From a virus (lineage: Duplodnaviria > Caudoviricetes), in IMG/VR virus record IMGVR_UViG_3300031555_002371, positions 32,001-96,000 of that record: a DNA stretch of 64,000 nucleotides, one strand, 5' to 3'. Below, one piece after another: positions 49,406 through 59,580 of this stretch. A program made the position numbers and the translations under genes. The notes beneath the pieces are model-generated. The model was not told where the DNA came from, ran no database searches, and saw nothing but the letters and a program-made list of their open reading frames with translations. Numbering within the stretch: the first letter of the stretch is position 1; each line of letters starts with the position of its first letter.

Positions 49406-51058
49406 TTATTTTGTTGATGGTTTTGGATTGTTATTACTATTGTTCGATTTGCTTTGTAAGGTGTTTGGATTTTTACTATCATCATCTGTCGGTCTACCGG
49501 CTTTCTTCTTGTCGCCAGATGAGTTAAATGATGTAGCATGAATCGGATATTTATTTTCAATATCATCTTGAATTTCCTGGTCAAGCAATGCAAAAAATAC
49601 ATCTGGGGAAATACCACACGCACTCGCCCATAAAGATAAAGAACCTTTTCCTTGCAAATATAAATCTTTTGCAAAAGTAACCATTGAATCTCTATTTGCA
49701 TATGTAGTTTTAAGGTATTTACACTCAACCCAATTCTGCGTATCTTTGATGATATTAGCTCCGATACACTTATTTATCTCGGACTCAATCTGTTCGACCC
49801 ATTGAAAGAGTTGAGCGGAAACAAGTTCCAAGTTATTTGTTTGCGCAGAGTAACTTCCAGAGCCAGTTCCAGATAACAAACTCGAAGCAATACCCATGCC
49901 CATAGCAATCTTATCATCAAGATTTGATTCGTACTTTTCATCAAAAATATCAGTATTACTTGCATTGATAGTATCAAGTTTTGTTCCTGCGGCAACCGAG
50001 AAGAACGAAAGTCCGCCGCGATTATTTTTAGACATTACTGCACCCTTAACAGTGTCGTGCTGATGTTGCTGTTGAGCCTTTGTTAATGCACAACTACCCT
50101 TATCTTTCCCCTCTGGGAAAGTCTGATAAATAATTTTATTGTTGATTTCATCAAGTACATTTCTCTTGGTACTTGTGAAATAATCGCTATATAAAATATC
50201 GCTAATTGCAGCTAATACAAGAGGTCTACCATACTGCTCGCTACGAGAACTACGGATTTTATGTACAATAGTATTGTTATTATTAAGAACAATCCAATTG
50301 CCATTTTCGCTGGTTGCGTTGTTTTGCTGTTTGGTATATGCATCTCGAATTTCTTTGGGATATTTACGTAATTTCTTCTCGGCTGTTTCACCAGATGCAA
50401 CAGTAAAATAGTCGAGGTTAAAAGCGATAACATAAGAATTGTTTTTAATTCCAACAATTCTTGTGTAATCAGTGGGTAAAGAAATGATACTTGCATTGAT
50501 GCCTAATTCATTGATTTCAACAATACTATTGACATCATAATCACTCAAAATCTTTTGCAATGTTTGAGGTCTGCCGGTGCTTTCAAAATAATAAAAGGCA
50601 ACGCCCTCAATCATAGCTCTCCATAAAGCATCTCGAATAATTTCTTTGTCTTTAATCATTCGGAGAGTAGATGTAATCAACTCTTTATTGCGCTGTCTTT
50701 TCTTTTCACTTCTACCATGTGTAACAATAACCTTGTCAAGTGTTGGCATTGCTGCCATATAATCTACGGTATTTGTATATACACCGTTTGTTCCATATAA
50801 AATCAAAGAAATCTCACGAAGAATTGCATTATTACCAATGGGGTCTCTTACTAAATTGGCAAGTTCTTCGGGTTTATATAAATCAAAAATATTAAGTCCA
50901 AAGTAATAATTTGAATTGGCAACCATGCTATTCATGGAGCAAAATTCTCTGGCAACATCTTGATTTGATTGAGTTACACTATTCGTTTCCGCTACTTTAT
51001 TTTTAGGAGGACGCCCTCTTTTTTTTGGAGTAGTGGAAACAGATACTTCTTCTGCCAT
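49406..51058 (-). CDS. portal protein
   Basis: 550 aa directly after the terminase; acidic tail with AGRP. Confidence 0.8.
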   Translation of the reverse strand: MAEEVSVSTTPKKRGRPPKNKVAETNSVTQSNQDVAREFCSMNSMVANSNYYFGLNIFDLYKPEELANLVRDPIGNNAILREISLILYGTNGVYTNTVDYMAAMPTLDKVIVTHGRSEKKRQRNKELITSTLRMIKDKEIIRDALWRAMIEGVAFYYFESTGRPQTLQKILSDYDVNSIVEINELGINASIISLPTDYTRIVGIKNNSYVIAFNLDYFTVASGETAEKKLRKYPKEIRDAYTKQQNNATSENGNWIVLNNNNTIVHKIRSSRSEQYGRPLVLAAISDILYSDYFTSTKRNVLDEINNKIIYQTFPEGKDKGSCALTKAQQQHQHDTVKGAVMSKNNRGGLSFFSVAAGTKLDTINASNTDIFDEKYESNLDDKIAMGMGIASSLLSGTGSGSYSAQTNNLELVSAQLFQWVEQIESEINKCIGANIIKDTQNWVECKYLKTTYANRDSMVTFAKDLYLQGKGSLSLWASACGISPDVFFALLDQEIQDDIENKYPIHATSFNSSGDKKKAGRPTDDDSKNPNTLQSKSNNSNNNPKPSTK

Positions 51059-51074
51059 ATCGCATCCTCCTTTC

Positions 51075-52919
51075 TTAGTTTATAAATGTTCCATATTCAT
51101 AATTTTCATTTTGTGATACTAAATCTTTTTCTAATTGAGAAGCAAACCAAGAACCATAAGAAATAGAAGTGTATCTATCCTTTCGGTTATTACCTTGTTC
51201 TGAAATAACGATAACTCCTGTTTGTGGTTTCTTTTCATAGAGAAGGGAAGTTGTCTCACTAATTAATGCCTGTGTTTCAAGGAAAGGTGATTCATAAAAG
51301 ATTTGTACTTCTGAATCAGGGGAAGAAATATACTCCTTGATATTCGGTAAAATTTCTTCTCTTGCTTGTTCAAAAGGAACAAGCAAATCAATCTTTTTAC
51401 CCTCTAACACGCGTCTGAAATCTAACGCGATGTCACTATTAAGTTTTTGTACCGCATTAATAGTGTAGATACAAGGCGTTGCTCCTTCAATTCTTATTCT
51501 ATTTGCAATAGCATCATCGTTCATACAAGTCAAAGGTGAGTATTCAATACCCCTTGTCTCATCATACATAACATTTGCAAGTAAATCGTAAATCGCAATA
51601 CCCGCATTTCGTGTATCCAAAACAATGAAATCTGCTCCAAAATCTTCAAACAATTGTCGAATACGAATTGCCTGTTTTGTGGTATCTCCACCTTGAACAG
51701 ATTCAATATAAGACACGATTCGTCTATATCCATTATCAATTTTGATATCCTCGGATGCCTCTCTACTATAAGTTGTGCATTCCGGCAACAACCTAATGCA
51801 AGAGAAAATAGAGTTGTCGTTTTTCTTGTTCTCAATAAACGCCATATCGCAAGAAACAATTCTTACTTCATTTTGCTGTTTATTAATATCATAAGGGTTC
51901 TTTTTGCCCATTTTAAAATCGATGATTGTTCGTGGATAAAAAGCTCGTTTTGTTCGCTGATTTTGCTGAAGCATACTATATGTAAAAAATGCGTGTTCAT
52001 TTTCTCGAACACGCTCATTTAAGAACTCTATTCTCCATGTTAATGGGTCTTGCTTTTTCTTCTCTGTTTGGAAGTACCTCATAGTTTTTATTTTGTGTTT
52101 GATGGCAATAGATTCATCAAACGCAAGCAAACAAGAGGCTTGACCTTTTAGCATTTCATCATATGCTTGGTCAACAATATCCCACATCCAATGTCCATTA
52201 TCAAGCCAGCTTGAAGAAATATAAATATCAACCGTTTCTTCTTCCAACTCGGAAATATTAGCATAATAGTCATCCTTCATATAGGGTGTTTGTCTAATAA
52301 TCTGGAAGGGGGAGAGAATACTATCATCGACAGATTTCTTAATCTGTCTAAATTCTTCTCTTACGATAACATTTGAACGGTATCCACGTCCATTCTCGCT
52401 GGCGGGAACAACTGTAATCGTGCTATGGTTTCTAAAATACACAATTACTTCGTTTTGGTTATCTTTTACTTTATGAATTTCTTTTCGTAGAGCAGGGGAG
52501 AGATTCATCAATTCTTTCTGAATTTTCTCAGATACCAAAAGTTTCGATTGCCCCTTGGTAGCGCTCGAAAGGACGATTAATGAATTGGGATATAAAATAC
52601 ATCTACAACACGCATATAGCGCAATGATAAATGATTTTGCAGAGGCACGACTTGCAATTACAACAATAAACTGATTAATGCCCATGAGGTACAACATAAT
52701 TATCTGATACCAATGCAATGTAATTCCCAGATAATCTATTGCAAATCGATGTAAGTTTCTGCGGAAAAAAGTGACCCACTGAATAAAGTGGTCTACATTT
52801 TTGGGTGTTCCTAAAAATGAGGTTGGCGAAAACTTTTTATGTAACTCGCTCTGCCTATCGTCGGCATTGCGGTTTTTGTAATATTTATGAGTAGTATTAC
52901 TCGTCGTCCGCAAAGCCAT
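51075..52919 (-). CDS. terminase large subunit
   Basis: Walker A ASRASAKS, RGYRSNVIVREEF, YISS, nuclease SCDMA and KDRYTS. Confidence 0.92.
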   Translation of the reverse strand: MALRTTSNTTHKYYKNRNADDRQSELHKKFSPTSFLGTPKNVDHFIQWVTFFRRNLHRFAIDYLGITLHWYQIIMLYLMGINQFIVVIASRASAKSFIIALYACCRCILYPNSLIVLSSATKGQSKLLVSEKIQKELMNLSPALRKEIHKVKDNQNEVIVYFRNHSTITVVPASENGRGYRSNVIVREEFRQIKKSVDDSILSPFQIIRQTPYMKDDYYANISELEEETVDIYISSSWLDNGHWMWDIVDQAYDEMLKGQASCLLAFDESIAIKHKIKTMRYFQTEKKKQDPLTWRIEFLNERVRENEHAFFTYSMLQQNQRTKRAFYPRTIIDFKMGKKNPYDINKQQNEVRIVSCDMAFIENKKNDNSIFSCIRLLPECTTYSREASEDIKIDNGYRRIVSYIESVQGGDTTKQAIRIRQLFEDFGADFIVLDTRNAGIAIYDLLANVMYDETRGIEYSPLTCMNDDAIANRIRIEGATPCIYTINAVQKLNSDIALDFRRVLEGKKIDLLVPFEQAREEILPNIKEYISSPDSEVQIFYESPFLETQALISETTSLLYEKKPQTGVIVISEQGNNRKDRYTSISYGSWFASQLEKDLVSQNENYEYGTFIN

Positions 52920-53805
52920 CAGTTTCTTCCTCATCTTTTACAAAGAATTCCTCATCTCTGTCTTTTGTTCCCTGCATGAGGTTTCGTAAAGGTCTTAACA
53001 AGAATCTTGTGATATAATCTCCAATATTATCGTGATCTTTATATAAACTCCGATTCTTGTAATACTCAGCAGGAGTATATTTTTCTATGGTTTCTGCATT
53101 AACACCAATTGTAAAATCTTCCATTGTATTTGTATCTTTAACAGTTTTAAAACCTGCTTGCTTAAAAGATTTAATATATGATTCTGTTAACTTTTTGTAA
53201 TCATCCACTCGACTCTCACGAATAGCTTTTAATTGTTGCATTTTTGTGTAACAAAGGTCTGTAATAAATATCTCTGCGTTACTATCGCACTGAGGGTTAG
53301 AATTTGAAAGCAAACGATAGTGACTATTTAAAACATCATAATCCGCTGGATCAAGTCCGACACCCCACTTTTCAATATCTTTTGGGTCTATTGAATTAGA
53401 ATCATCATCTTCCTCTTTAACAACATGTTTTGGAGTTATTTTGTTATCAAAGAAATCAAATCCTTCTTTAATGGTTGTATCAAAAGTTTTTCCTTTGCAC
53501 TGCACCATATTAAGTTTTCTAAAATACTTACCAATCAATGTATTGTCATCATCACAAGAATTAAACATATCATCGTTATAATACAAGTCATAAGCCATAC
53601 ACAGACGTTTAAATGCTTTTTTGCTACTTTGATATTCGTCTCTATATATCTTGAATTCTTGCTCGAAACAGTTTTTACACGTTGGCAAATGTCCTGTTCC
53701 GGCATACAATCTGCTATAACTCTTGTAAAACTGAGACGAAAGTAATGCATCGCTACACTGATAGCAAATACACAAATCGTTATTATCTTTTGGCATACTT
53801 GCCAC
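52897..53805 (-). CDS. zinc-finger protein, putative terminase small subunit
   Basis: CYQC..FYKS..PTCKNC, IEKWG; overlaps terL. Confidence 0.65.
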   Translation of the reverse strand: MASMPKDNNDLCICYQCSDALLSSQFYKSYSRLYAGTGHLPTCKNCFEQEFKIYRDEYQSSKKAFKRLCMAYDLYYNDDMFNSCDDDNTLIGKYFRKLNMVQCKGKTFDTTIKEGFDFFDNKITPKHVVKEEDDDSNSIDPKDIEKWGVGLDPADYDVLNSHYRLLSNSNPQCDSNAEIFITDLCYTKMQQLKAIRESRVDDYKKLTESYIKSFKQAGFKTVKDTNTMEDFTIGVNAETIEKYTPAEYYKNRSLYKDHDNIGDYITRFLLRPLRNLMQGTKDRDEEFFVKDEEETDGFADDE

Positions 53806-53815
53806 CTTCTTTCAA

Positions 53816-54073
53816 CTAATTTATTTTGTAGCAACTATTGTAGAGCGCATCCTTAGATAATACGCTCTTTTTATAAGCTATCACATTCATCAAATTTATC
53901 CGGCTCAACAATGTGAGATAAATCATGTTTAAATGAAAAATCACAACATCATAAAAGATTACTCCTTTAGGAAAACGGCTTTTCAAAATGATAGCAAAAT
54001 AAAACCAATTCCCATTCAACCAATTAGAGTCGTTTGGGAATTTTCTTTTGATAAATTCAATTATATTGTTCAT
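53816..54073 (-). pseudogene. degenerate hypothetical gene
   Basis: plausible N-terminus (WLNGNWFYFAIILKSRFP) followed by a non-protein-like tail. Confidence 0.3.
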
Positions 54074-54085
54074 ATAACCCCTATG

Positions 54086-54161
54086 TGGTTGCGGAGGTGG
54101 GATTTGAACCCACGTCCTCCAGGCTTATGAGACCGGCAAGCTACCGCTGCTCTACTCCGCA
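54086..54161 (-). tRNA. tRNA-Met(CAT), initiator-like with an irregular anticodon stem
   Basis: TGCGGAG/CTCCGCA acceptor, CTCATAA loop, TTCAAAT T-loop, CCA. Confidence 0.8.
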
Positions 54162-54247
54162 ATATAAAAGCCCTGCCATAGCTAATCTACGACAGGGCGG
54201 ATTTTATTTAAAAATTCATCCAAAATAGTTTTGATGTTATATAAATA

Positions 54248-54727
54248 TTATAAAGTTTTATCATTTCTGATGCAAAAGCAACAATCGTTGCAACAGTCTC
54301 CACAACCGCTATTCTCAATGGTTACTTCATCAGAATCTACAAAATGTAATTCATAACATTTTTTATCTTGATACTGCATCATAACCGACGCATGAGCATC
54401 GCTATCAAATAAATATACATCCGCTTCGTTATATGCATAACCAGCAGAATGAGTTTCGTCGCCTTTATTCCATGCGGGAGCGATATCCAATACCATGTCA
54501 GAATCAATTGTTACATAATATTCGCGGTCATATCTATTATAATCTTTGTTCTGCAAATGAATGCTTCCAAGTTGGATATCATCATAAAACGAGAGTTTTC
54601 TGAATAGTTCAAATGCTTGCTCGTAAGATAAAACGCAGCAAACTACGCATCCAAGGTCGGCTATATCATACATCAAATCACCCAATTTTTCATAATCGGG
54701 CGTATTAATAATATTAATTGCTTTCAT
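54248..54727 (-). CDS. hypothetical protein
   Basis: GAGGT SD, Cys-rich C-terminus. Confidence 0.65.
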   Translation of the reverse strand: MKAINIINTPDYEKLGDLMYDIADLGCVVCCVLSYEQAFELFRKLSFYDDIQLGSIHLQNKDYNRYDREYYVTIDSDMVLDIAPAWNKGDETHSAGYAYNEADVYLFDSDAHASVMMQYQDKKCYELHFVDSDEVTIENSGCGDCCNDCCFCIRNDKTL

Positions 54728-54736
54728 TGAACTACC

Positions 54737-55030
54737 TCACTTTTCATTAACGGCGTCTCTAACCGCTTTGCTTACTCTACATTTAACAGATTTTACAGGT
54801 GGATAAGTTACGGTTTCACCAGTCTTTAAATCTTTTCCCTCTCGCTCGGCACGTTCAATAATCTCGAAACTCATAAAATTCTTCAATACGAGTTTGTCGC
54901 CTCGAACCAATAAATCAATAATTTCTTCGATACAAGCATCAACAACTTGTTCGCAAGTTTCAATGGAGATATTATTGGTTTTGGCGGATATGTTTCTTAC
55001 TAATTTGGTTTTCCCAATAGTTTCTCCCAT
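54737..55030 (-). CDS. hup: HU-family DNA-binding protein
   Basis: KTKLVRNISAK..GDKLVLKNFMSF..RAEREGKDLKTGE..SKAVRDAVN. Confidence 0.85.
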   Translation of the reverse strand: MGETIGKTKLVRNISAKTNNISIETCEQVVDACIEEIIDLLVRGDKLVLKNFMSFEIIERAEREGKDLKTGETVTYPPVKSVKCRVSKAVRDAVNEK

Positions 55031-55051
55031 TCTTTATCTCCTTTTCTTTCT

Positions 55052-56020
55052 TTAATTCAAGACAATAATTTTTGATTTATCTTGAATTAGGTTGCCATTA
55101 TCGTCTTGGCAAATAATCGCAAATCCAGACTTTTGAGGTTTGGAAAGGCGACCATCCATATAATCCATTTTCTTTACATCAGCAAAAGCACCTTGTTCAA
55201 AAAGGCGGATAAAACCTTTTGTTGTATCTCCAACGGCGTGTGTATGAGCCATGCACACACAATCAAATTCGTCATGAATAATGTCTTGTAAATAATCTTT
55301 GGCTTTCTCTGCGGTTGCTAACGTGCCAGAGCGATAAGCTAACGGATGAACAAAATATGTTTTTCCGATTTTGCATTTCCAATCATCGACATATTCAATC
55401 TCTACATCTTCAAAAACATTACACAAAGGTTCATACCAAACCTTGGATTTGCTACGCTTATCATAGTGATGAAAACCATCGACAAAGATCAATTCAAGGG
55501 ATGTGTCGGGCAATAATTCCAAGATATCGGAATCTAAATTTTTTGCAAAATATGTAGCAAATCGTTTATCATGATTTCCATAATTGCATACAACCTTTTT
55601 AGGATGTATATATTCTATGAGGTCAATTAAATATTGTCTTCCTTGAATCATTTCTTCCATTGGTGAGATTCTATACTGCTTGCTAAATTTAGAAAGAGCT
55701 TGACAATCTACAACGTCACCATTGATTTGTAATATGTCAATCTTATTTCTATATTCGCTTAAAATCTTATAATCAAGTTGAAAAGGAATATGTAAATCAG
55801 AAATCGATAAGATAGTCGTTGCTACTCCGTTTGATTTCTCGGATTCAATAATCTCGATTAGGCGTTTCATTCCATAAAGTCTTTTGCGAACTTCCGATTC
55901 ATTAAAGCAGTTGCCCTCACCAAAAAGATATTCACTTAATTCTTCATACGGAGTATTGTCAGTCTTGTAAATTAATTTGTTTTCAACTAACGCTTTGACG
56001 TCTCTATATGTAATTTCTAT
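55052..56020 (-). CDS. calcineurin-like metallophosphoesterase, ATA start
   Basis: SDLHIP, NGDVVD, GNHD, AHTH; frame extends 50 codons upstream to an ATA 8 nt after AAGGAG. Confidence 0.85.
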   Translation of the reverse strand: MEITYRDVKALVENKLIYKTDNTPYEELSEYLFGEGNCFNESEVRKRLYGMKRLIEIIESEKSNGVATTILSISDLHIPFQLDYKILSEYRNKIDILQINGDVVDCQALSKFSKQYRISPMEEMIQGRQYLIDLIEYIHPKKVVCNYGNHDKRFATYFAKNLDSDILELLPDTSLELIFVDGFHHYDKRSKSKVWYEPLCNVFEDVEIEYVDDWKCKIGKTYFVHPLAYRSGTLATAEKAKDYLQDIIHDEFDCVCMAHTHAVGDTTKGFIRLFEQGAFADVKKMDYMDGRLSKPQKSGFAIICQDDNGNLIQDKSKIIVLN

Positions 56021-56046
56021 CTTTCTCGCTCCTTTTCTTTTTGGCT

Positions 56047-56682
56047 TTATAAAATATCATCTAACGTACAGTCTTCACCGACAATATGAGTAGTTACGCC
56101 GAGCTTCTTTGCCTCTGCCGGGTAGAAGTACCATTCTTTTCTATAATTTTCGAGATACTGTTCTCTCGTGATATTGGTTCTTGAAATAATATACTGCTGA
56201 GTGTGCTGTTCCATCTGACCTGTTTCAAATTCAACTCTATCTTTAAGTTTGCTCATAGAGTCCCAAGCCATAGAATTACCGTCATGGCAAAGATATGTGG
56301 CACTTGGCATACTATATCTGCGCTCTCCGGCAATATAAATCAAAAATCCCATGCTATATGCAATTCCCAGATTCACGGTATATATAGGTGTCGTAGATGT
56401 AAGAATCGCATCAATAAGTCCATAACCATCAGTAACATTACCCCCTGGCGAGTTGATGTAAATAATAATCGGTTTTCGCTCATTAATGGGGATACCCTTA
56501 TCAAGACGGTTATATCTCAAAATGTGATATACAGCCCCATCGATAATACTCTCATCGATTTCTGTATTGATGTATAATCTTCTATTTTTAACATCTTCCA
56601 TTTCAAATTTGTCTTCATAACAATAAGAAAACACCTCTTTAATTTCAGATGTTCTTTTATTTTTAATTTTCTTGTCTTCCAT
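56047..56682 (-). CDS. clpP: ClpP-family protease
   Basis: YINSPGG, AYSMG (Ser), YLCHD (His), AEAKKLG. Confidence 0.88.
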   Translation of the reverse strand: MEDKKIKNKRTSEIKEVFSYCYEDKFEMEDVKNRRLYINTEIDESIIDGAVYHILRYNRLDKGIPINERKPIIIYINSPGGNVTDGYGLIDAILTSTTPIYTVNLGIAYSMGFLIYIAGERRYSMPSATYLCHDGNSMAWDSMSKLKDRVEFETGQMEQHTQQYIISRTNITREQYLENYRKEWYFYPAEAKKLGVTTHIVGEDCTLDDIL

Positions 56683-56694
56683 TTCTCTTTCTCC

Positions 56695-58137
56695 TTAAAG
56701 ATTGATAATTAAACCTCGATATGCGCTTACAACTTTATATGTTTTATCATTCTTTGAGATAGCATTAGAAAGTTGTTTAACAAGGCAATGTTTGCTCTTA
56801 TCAGAGCCGTGAACAAGAACAATTTTATTCGTGTTTAAAGAACTACCATATTTCACAAGGTCTGCATTACTTGCATGACTACTAAATGTAGATAAGGTAA
56901 TGCAATCCGCTCTATTTGAAATTTTCTCTTTGTTAATAGAGATAAATTTATGCTCTCGATAATTTTTGATTCGATAAGACAAATATGATGGGTTGTCTCC
57001 TGTATATCCAGAAAAAATAATTGTACTATTTACATCTTTGAGGTATCGTTTGAGATAACTTACAATTCGACCATTAGTACAGAATCCAGAAGATGAAATA
57101 ATAATCTTTGGGATAGGATTTGCAACGACCCCCGTAGATTCGGTTTTGTCGGATACAAACTTGACATTTTCCCACGAACATACTTCTTGCCATTTTTTCA
57201 AATCAGCTTTTGTGAGCAAACTTGAATAAAGATTGCTAATATCACAACTTAATTTAGAATCAACAAAAATAGGGGTGACAAAATCTTTATCACCACCAAA
57301 AATATCAAAAATAGTAGTCAGTAATTCTTGTGTTCTACTAAAACTAAAACAGGGTAAAATTACAGTTCCTTTTCTTTCAAGCGTTGTTTCAATAGCGCAT
57401 TTCAAACGAGAGATGTCAAACTCTCTGGTTTTCTTTGATATTCTTGATGAATCTCCATATGTTGACTCCATAATAACCACATCGTTAAACATCGATGGGA
57501 TTTCAGTATTAGGAACATAATGATTTTCGGTTTTTAACGAACCGATGTCTGATGTATAAAGAACACGCTTCTTTTGATTTCCGTCGGATAAGATTAATTG
57601 TATTTGTGCAGCTCCAACACAATGAGAGTTGTTAAGCAACTGAAAACTCAAATTGTTATTCAACTTAAAAACCTTGTTATATTCTCTATATGTATCAATT
57701 AGCCTAAAAGTTTCATACACATCATCTTCGTCGTATAATGGCTGATAATCACGTTTATAACGCTTTGATAAAACCCTTGCTTCATCTTGAACAATTGCGC
57801 ATGAATTCAACAATAGAGGCTTCATAATTTTTGCAGTATTTTCGGTTGCAATAATTCTACCTCTAAAGCCATGTTTTACAAGTCTTGGCAAAAGACCGCA
57901 ATGGTCAATATGTGGATGGGCAACAAATACATAATCGATTTCAGAAGGTTTGAACTTAAATTTCTCCGTGTTTATTTTATATGAGTCCAAATAATCATTA
58001 CTCTGCGATTGATGCAATCCACACTCTAATAAACACTGTGTGTCACCATATCTTATTAAATACTGTGAGCCGGTAACATCTTCCGATGCCTTTCCAATAA
58101 AATGAATTCCATTAGTTTTTAATTTTTTCTTCGCCAT
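56695..58137 (-). CDS. metallo-beta-lactamase / beta-CASP ribonuclease
   Basis: VTGS, HPHIDHCG, YTSDIG, MESTYG, RTQELL, FSSHA, VLVHG. Confidence 0.9.
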   Translation of the reverse strand: MAKKKLKTNGIHFIGKASEDVTGSQYLIRYGDTQCLLECGLHQSQSNDYLDSYKINTEKFKFKPSEIDYVFVAHPHIDHCGLLPRLVKHGFRGRIIATENTAKIMKPLLLNSCAIVQDEARVLSKRYKRDYQPLYDEDDVYETFRLIDTYREYNKVFKLNNNLSFQLLNNSHCVGAAQIQLILSDGNQKKRVLYTSDIGSLKTENHYVPNTEIPSMFNDVVIMESTYGDSSRISKKTREFDISRLKCAIETTLERKGTVILPCFSFSRTQELLTTIFDIFGGDKDFVTPIFVDSKLSCDISNLYSSLLTKADLKKWQEVCSWENVKFVSDKTESTGVVANPIPKIIISSSGFCTNGRIVSYLKRYLKDVNSTIIFSGYTGDNPSYLSYRIKNYREHKFISINKEKISNRADCITLSTFSSHASNADLVKYGSSLNTNKIVLVHGSDKSKHCLVKQLSNAISKNDKTYKVVSAYRGLIINL

Positions 58138-58315
58138 ATGAACCTCGCACTAAATTATGAGCTATATCAGCATATTCATCCATGATGTATCTCCTGTGCT
58201 TGGTTTTGGTGTAACTGACAAGAGAACCATTTTTATCGATTACGCCTCTTTCAGTTGATGTCAAAATTTTTTCTTTAAGAAGTAAATCCATTTCTTCTCT
58301 TGTAATCTCTTTCAA
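58112..58315 (-). CDS. small hypothetical protein
   Basis: AAGGATGG SD, overlaps the next gene. Confidence 0.6.
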   Translation of the reverse strand: MKEITREEMDLLLKEKILTSTERGVIDKNGSLVSYTKTKHRRYIMDEYADIAHNLVRGSYGEEKIKN

Positions 58316-58393
58316 ATGGTTTATACCATCCTTTGCTTTTAAATTAACGACCCGACTGGTTGTGCATCGTTGAGAGGCGTGTCGGGTTCTGTT

Positions 58394-58468
58394 TGGAGCT
58401 GGCGATAGGAGTCGAACCTACAACCTGCTGATTACAAGTCAGCTGCTCTGCCATTGAGCCACGCCAGC
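58394..58468 (-). tRNA. tRNA-Thr(TGT)
   Basis: cloverleaf, GCTGA-CTTGTAA-TCAGC, CCA. Confidence 0.95.
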
Positions 58469-58529
58469 ATATAACATTCGCTATAACCCGAATGTTTACC
58501 TCGTGAGAGGGTTTGCTTTTCGCAATGAT

Positions 58530-58606
58530 TGGTGATGGCAACGGGAATTGAACCCATATTACGACCTTGAAAGGGTCGTGTCCTATACCGTTTAGACGAT
58601 GCCACC
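58530..58606 (-). tRNA. tRNA-Glu(TTC)
   Basis: CGACC-CTTTCAA-GGTCG, CCA. Confidence 0.92.
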
Positions 58607-58609
58607 ATT

Positions 58610-58685
58610 TGGCTCTCTGTGTAGGCATCGAACCTACTACCCACTGGTTAACAGCCAGTTGCTCTACCGATTGAGCTAACAGAGA
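58610..58685 (-). tRNA. tRNA-Asn(GTT)
   Basis: ACTGG-CTGTTAA-CCAGT, CCA. Confidence 0.95.
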
Positions 58686-58868
58686 ATATAGAGATATGCG
58701 AACATATCTTATAATGCTTTTCTTTCAGATTTCTCCTATTCGAGAATTGGTTCAACACTAACCATTTTTGCCAAACCCTACGCTATCACTTCCTCGACCA
58801 AGCAATAGTCATCATCGGTTGACAACATCTCATGTATGTTGTCTTGTCGGCATACCGACCCTGGCTGT

Positions 58869-58943
58869 TGGCGACTCATAAGGGAATCGAACCCATATCT
58901 TCGGAGAGACAGTCCGATGTAATAGCCTTTATACCAATGAGCC
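58869..58943 (-). tRNA. tRNA-Asp(GTC)
   Basis: TCGGA-CTGTCTC-TCCGA, CCA. Confidence 0.9.
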
Positions 58944-58952
58944 ATATATTTG

Positions 58953-59039
58953 TGGTGGGTAGGGTAGGATTTGAACCTACGAAGCCGTAAGGCAACGGTT
59001 TTACAGACCGCCCGCTTTGAACCACTTGCATACCTACCC
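58953..59039 (-). tRNA. tRNA-Tyr(GTA)
   Basis: GCGGT-CTGTAAA-ACCGT, long variable arm, CCA. Confidence 0.95.
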
Positions 59040-59043
59040 GTAA

Positions 59044-59498
59044 ATTAACCGCTATATAGAAAACTAAAACATCATATCAATCCAACCAATTTATCTGTTA
59101 AACGCATAAGCGTGTTATAAAAAGAAAATCATTGTTGAAAAAACTATTCTTTTTTTTCAAAATCATTAAAAATTTTAATTAAATCAGAAAACGATGGTTG
59201 CAACGATGGTTGATATAGAGAATTGATGTATTGTGGTAATAGTGGTTGTTGGATAGCTTGATGTTAGAAGAATGCACTTGCTTTTCGCTGAACGAACCTT
59301 TTTTTTGAATATTTGACACCCCATAATCAAATCATATCATCTAAACTTACTATTAGTAGAATTTATGTATCAGCATTAAATGTAAAACATTTACGAGAAG
59401 ATATTAAGCATACCTTTGGCTATGCAGCATTACACTTCATCTGCACACGAAGCGATTGAAATCAACAATCTGTTTCAGTTCTCTATATAGCGGTTAAT
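59044..59498 (-). ncRNA. putative ~455-nt structured RNA closed by a 28-bp helix
   Basis: Terminal inverted repeats 59044-59071 and 59471-59498; both mismatches become G.U only on the minus strand; several internal hairpins; no ORF. Confidence 0.6.
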
Positions 59499-59580
59499 CG
59501 TGGAAATTGAGGAATCAATGTTTATTTCTTCAAAACCAATTGAACGTAGAAGGATGATTCCTCATAGCCACATAATATTT

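Noticed and set aside
58344-58644. Two short ORFs
   Set aside because: They are translations of tRNA genes.
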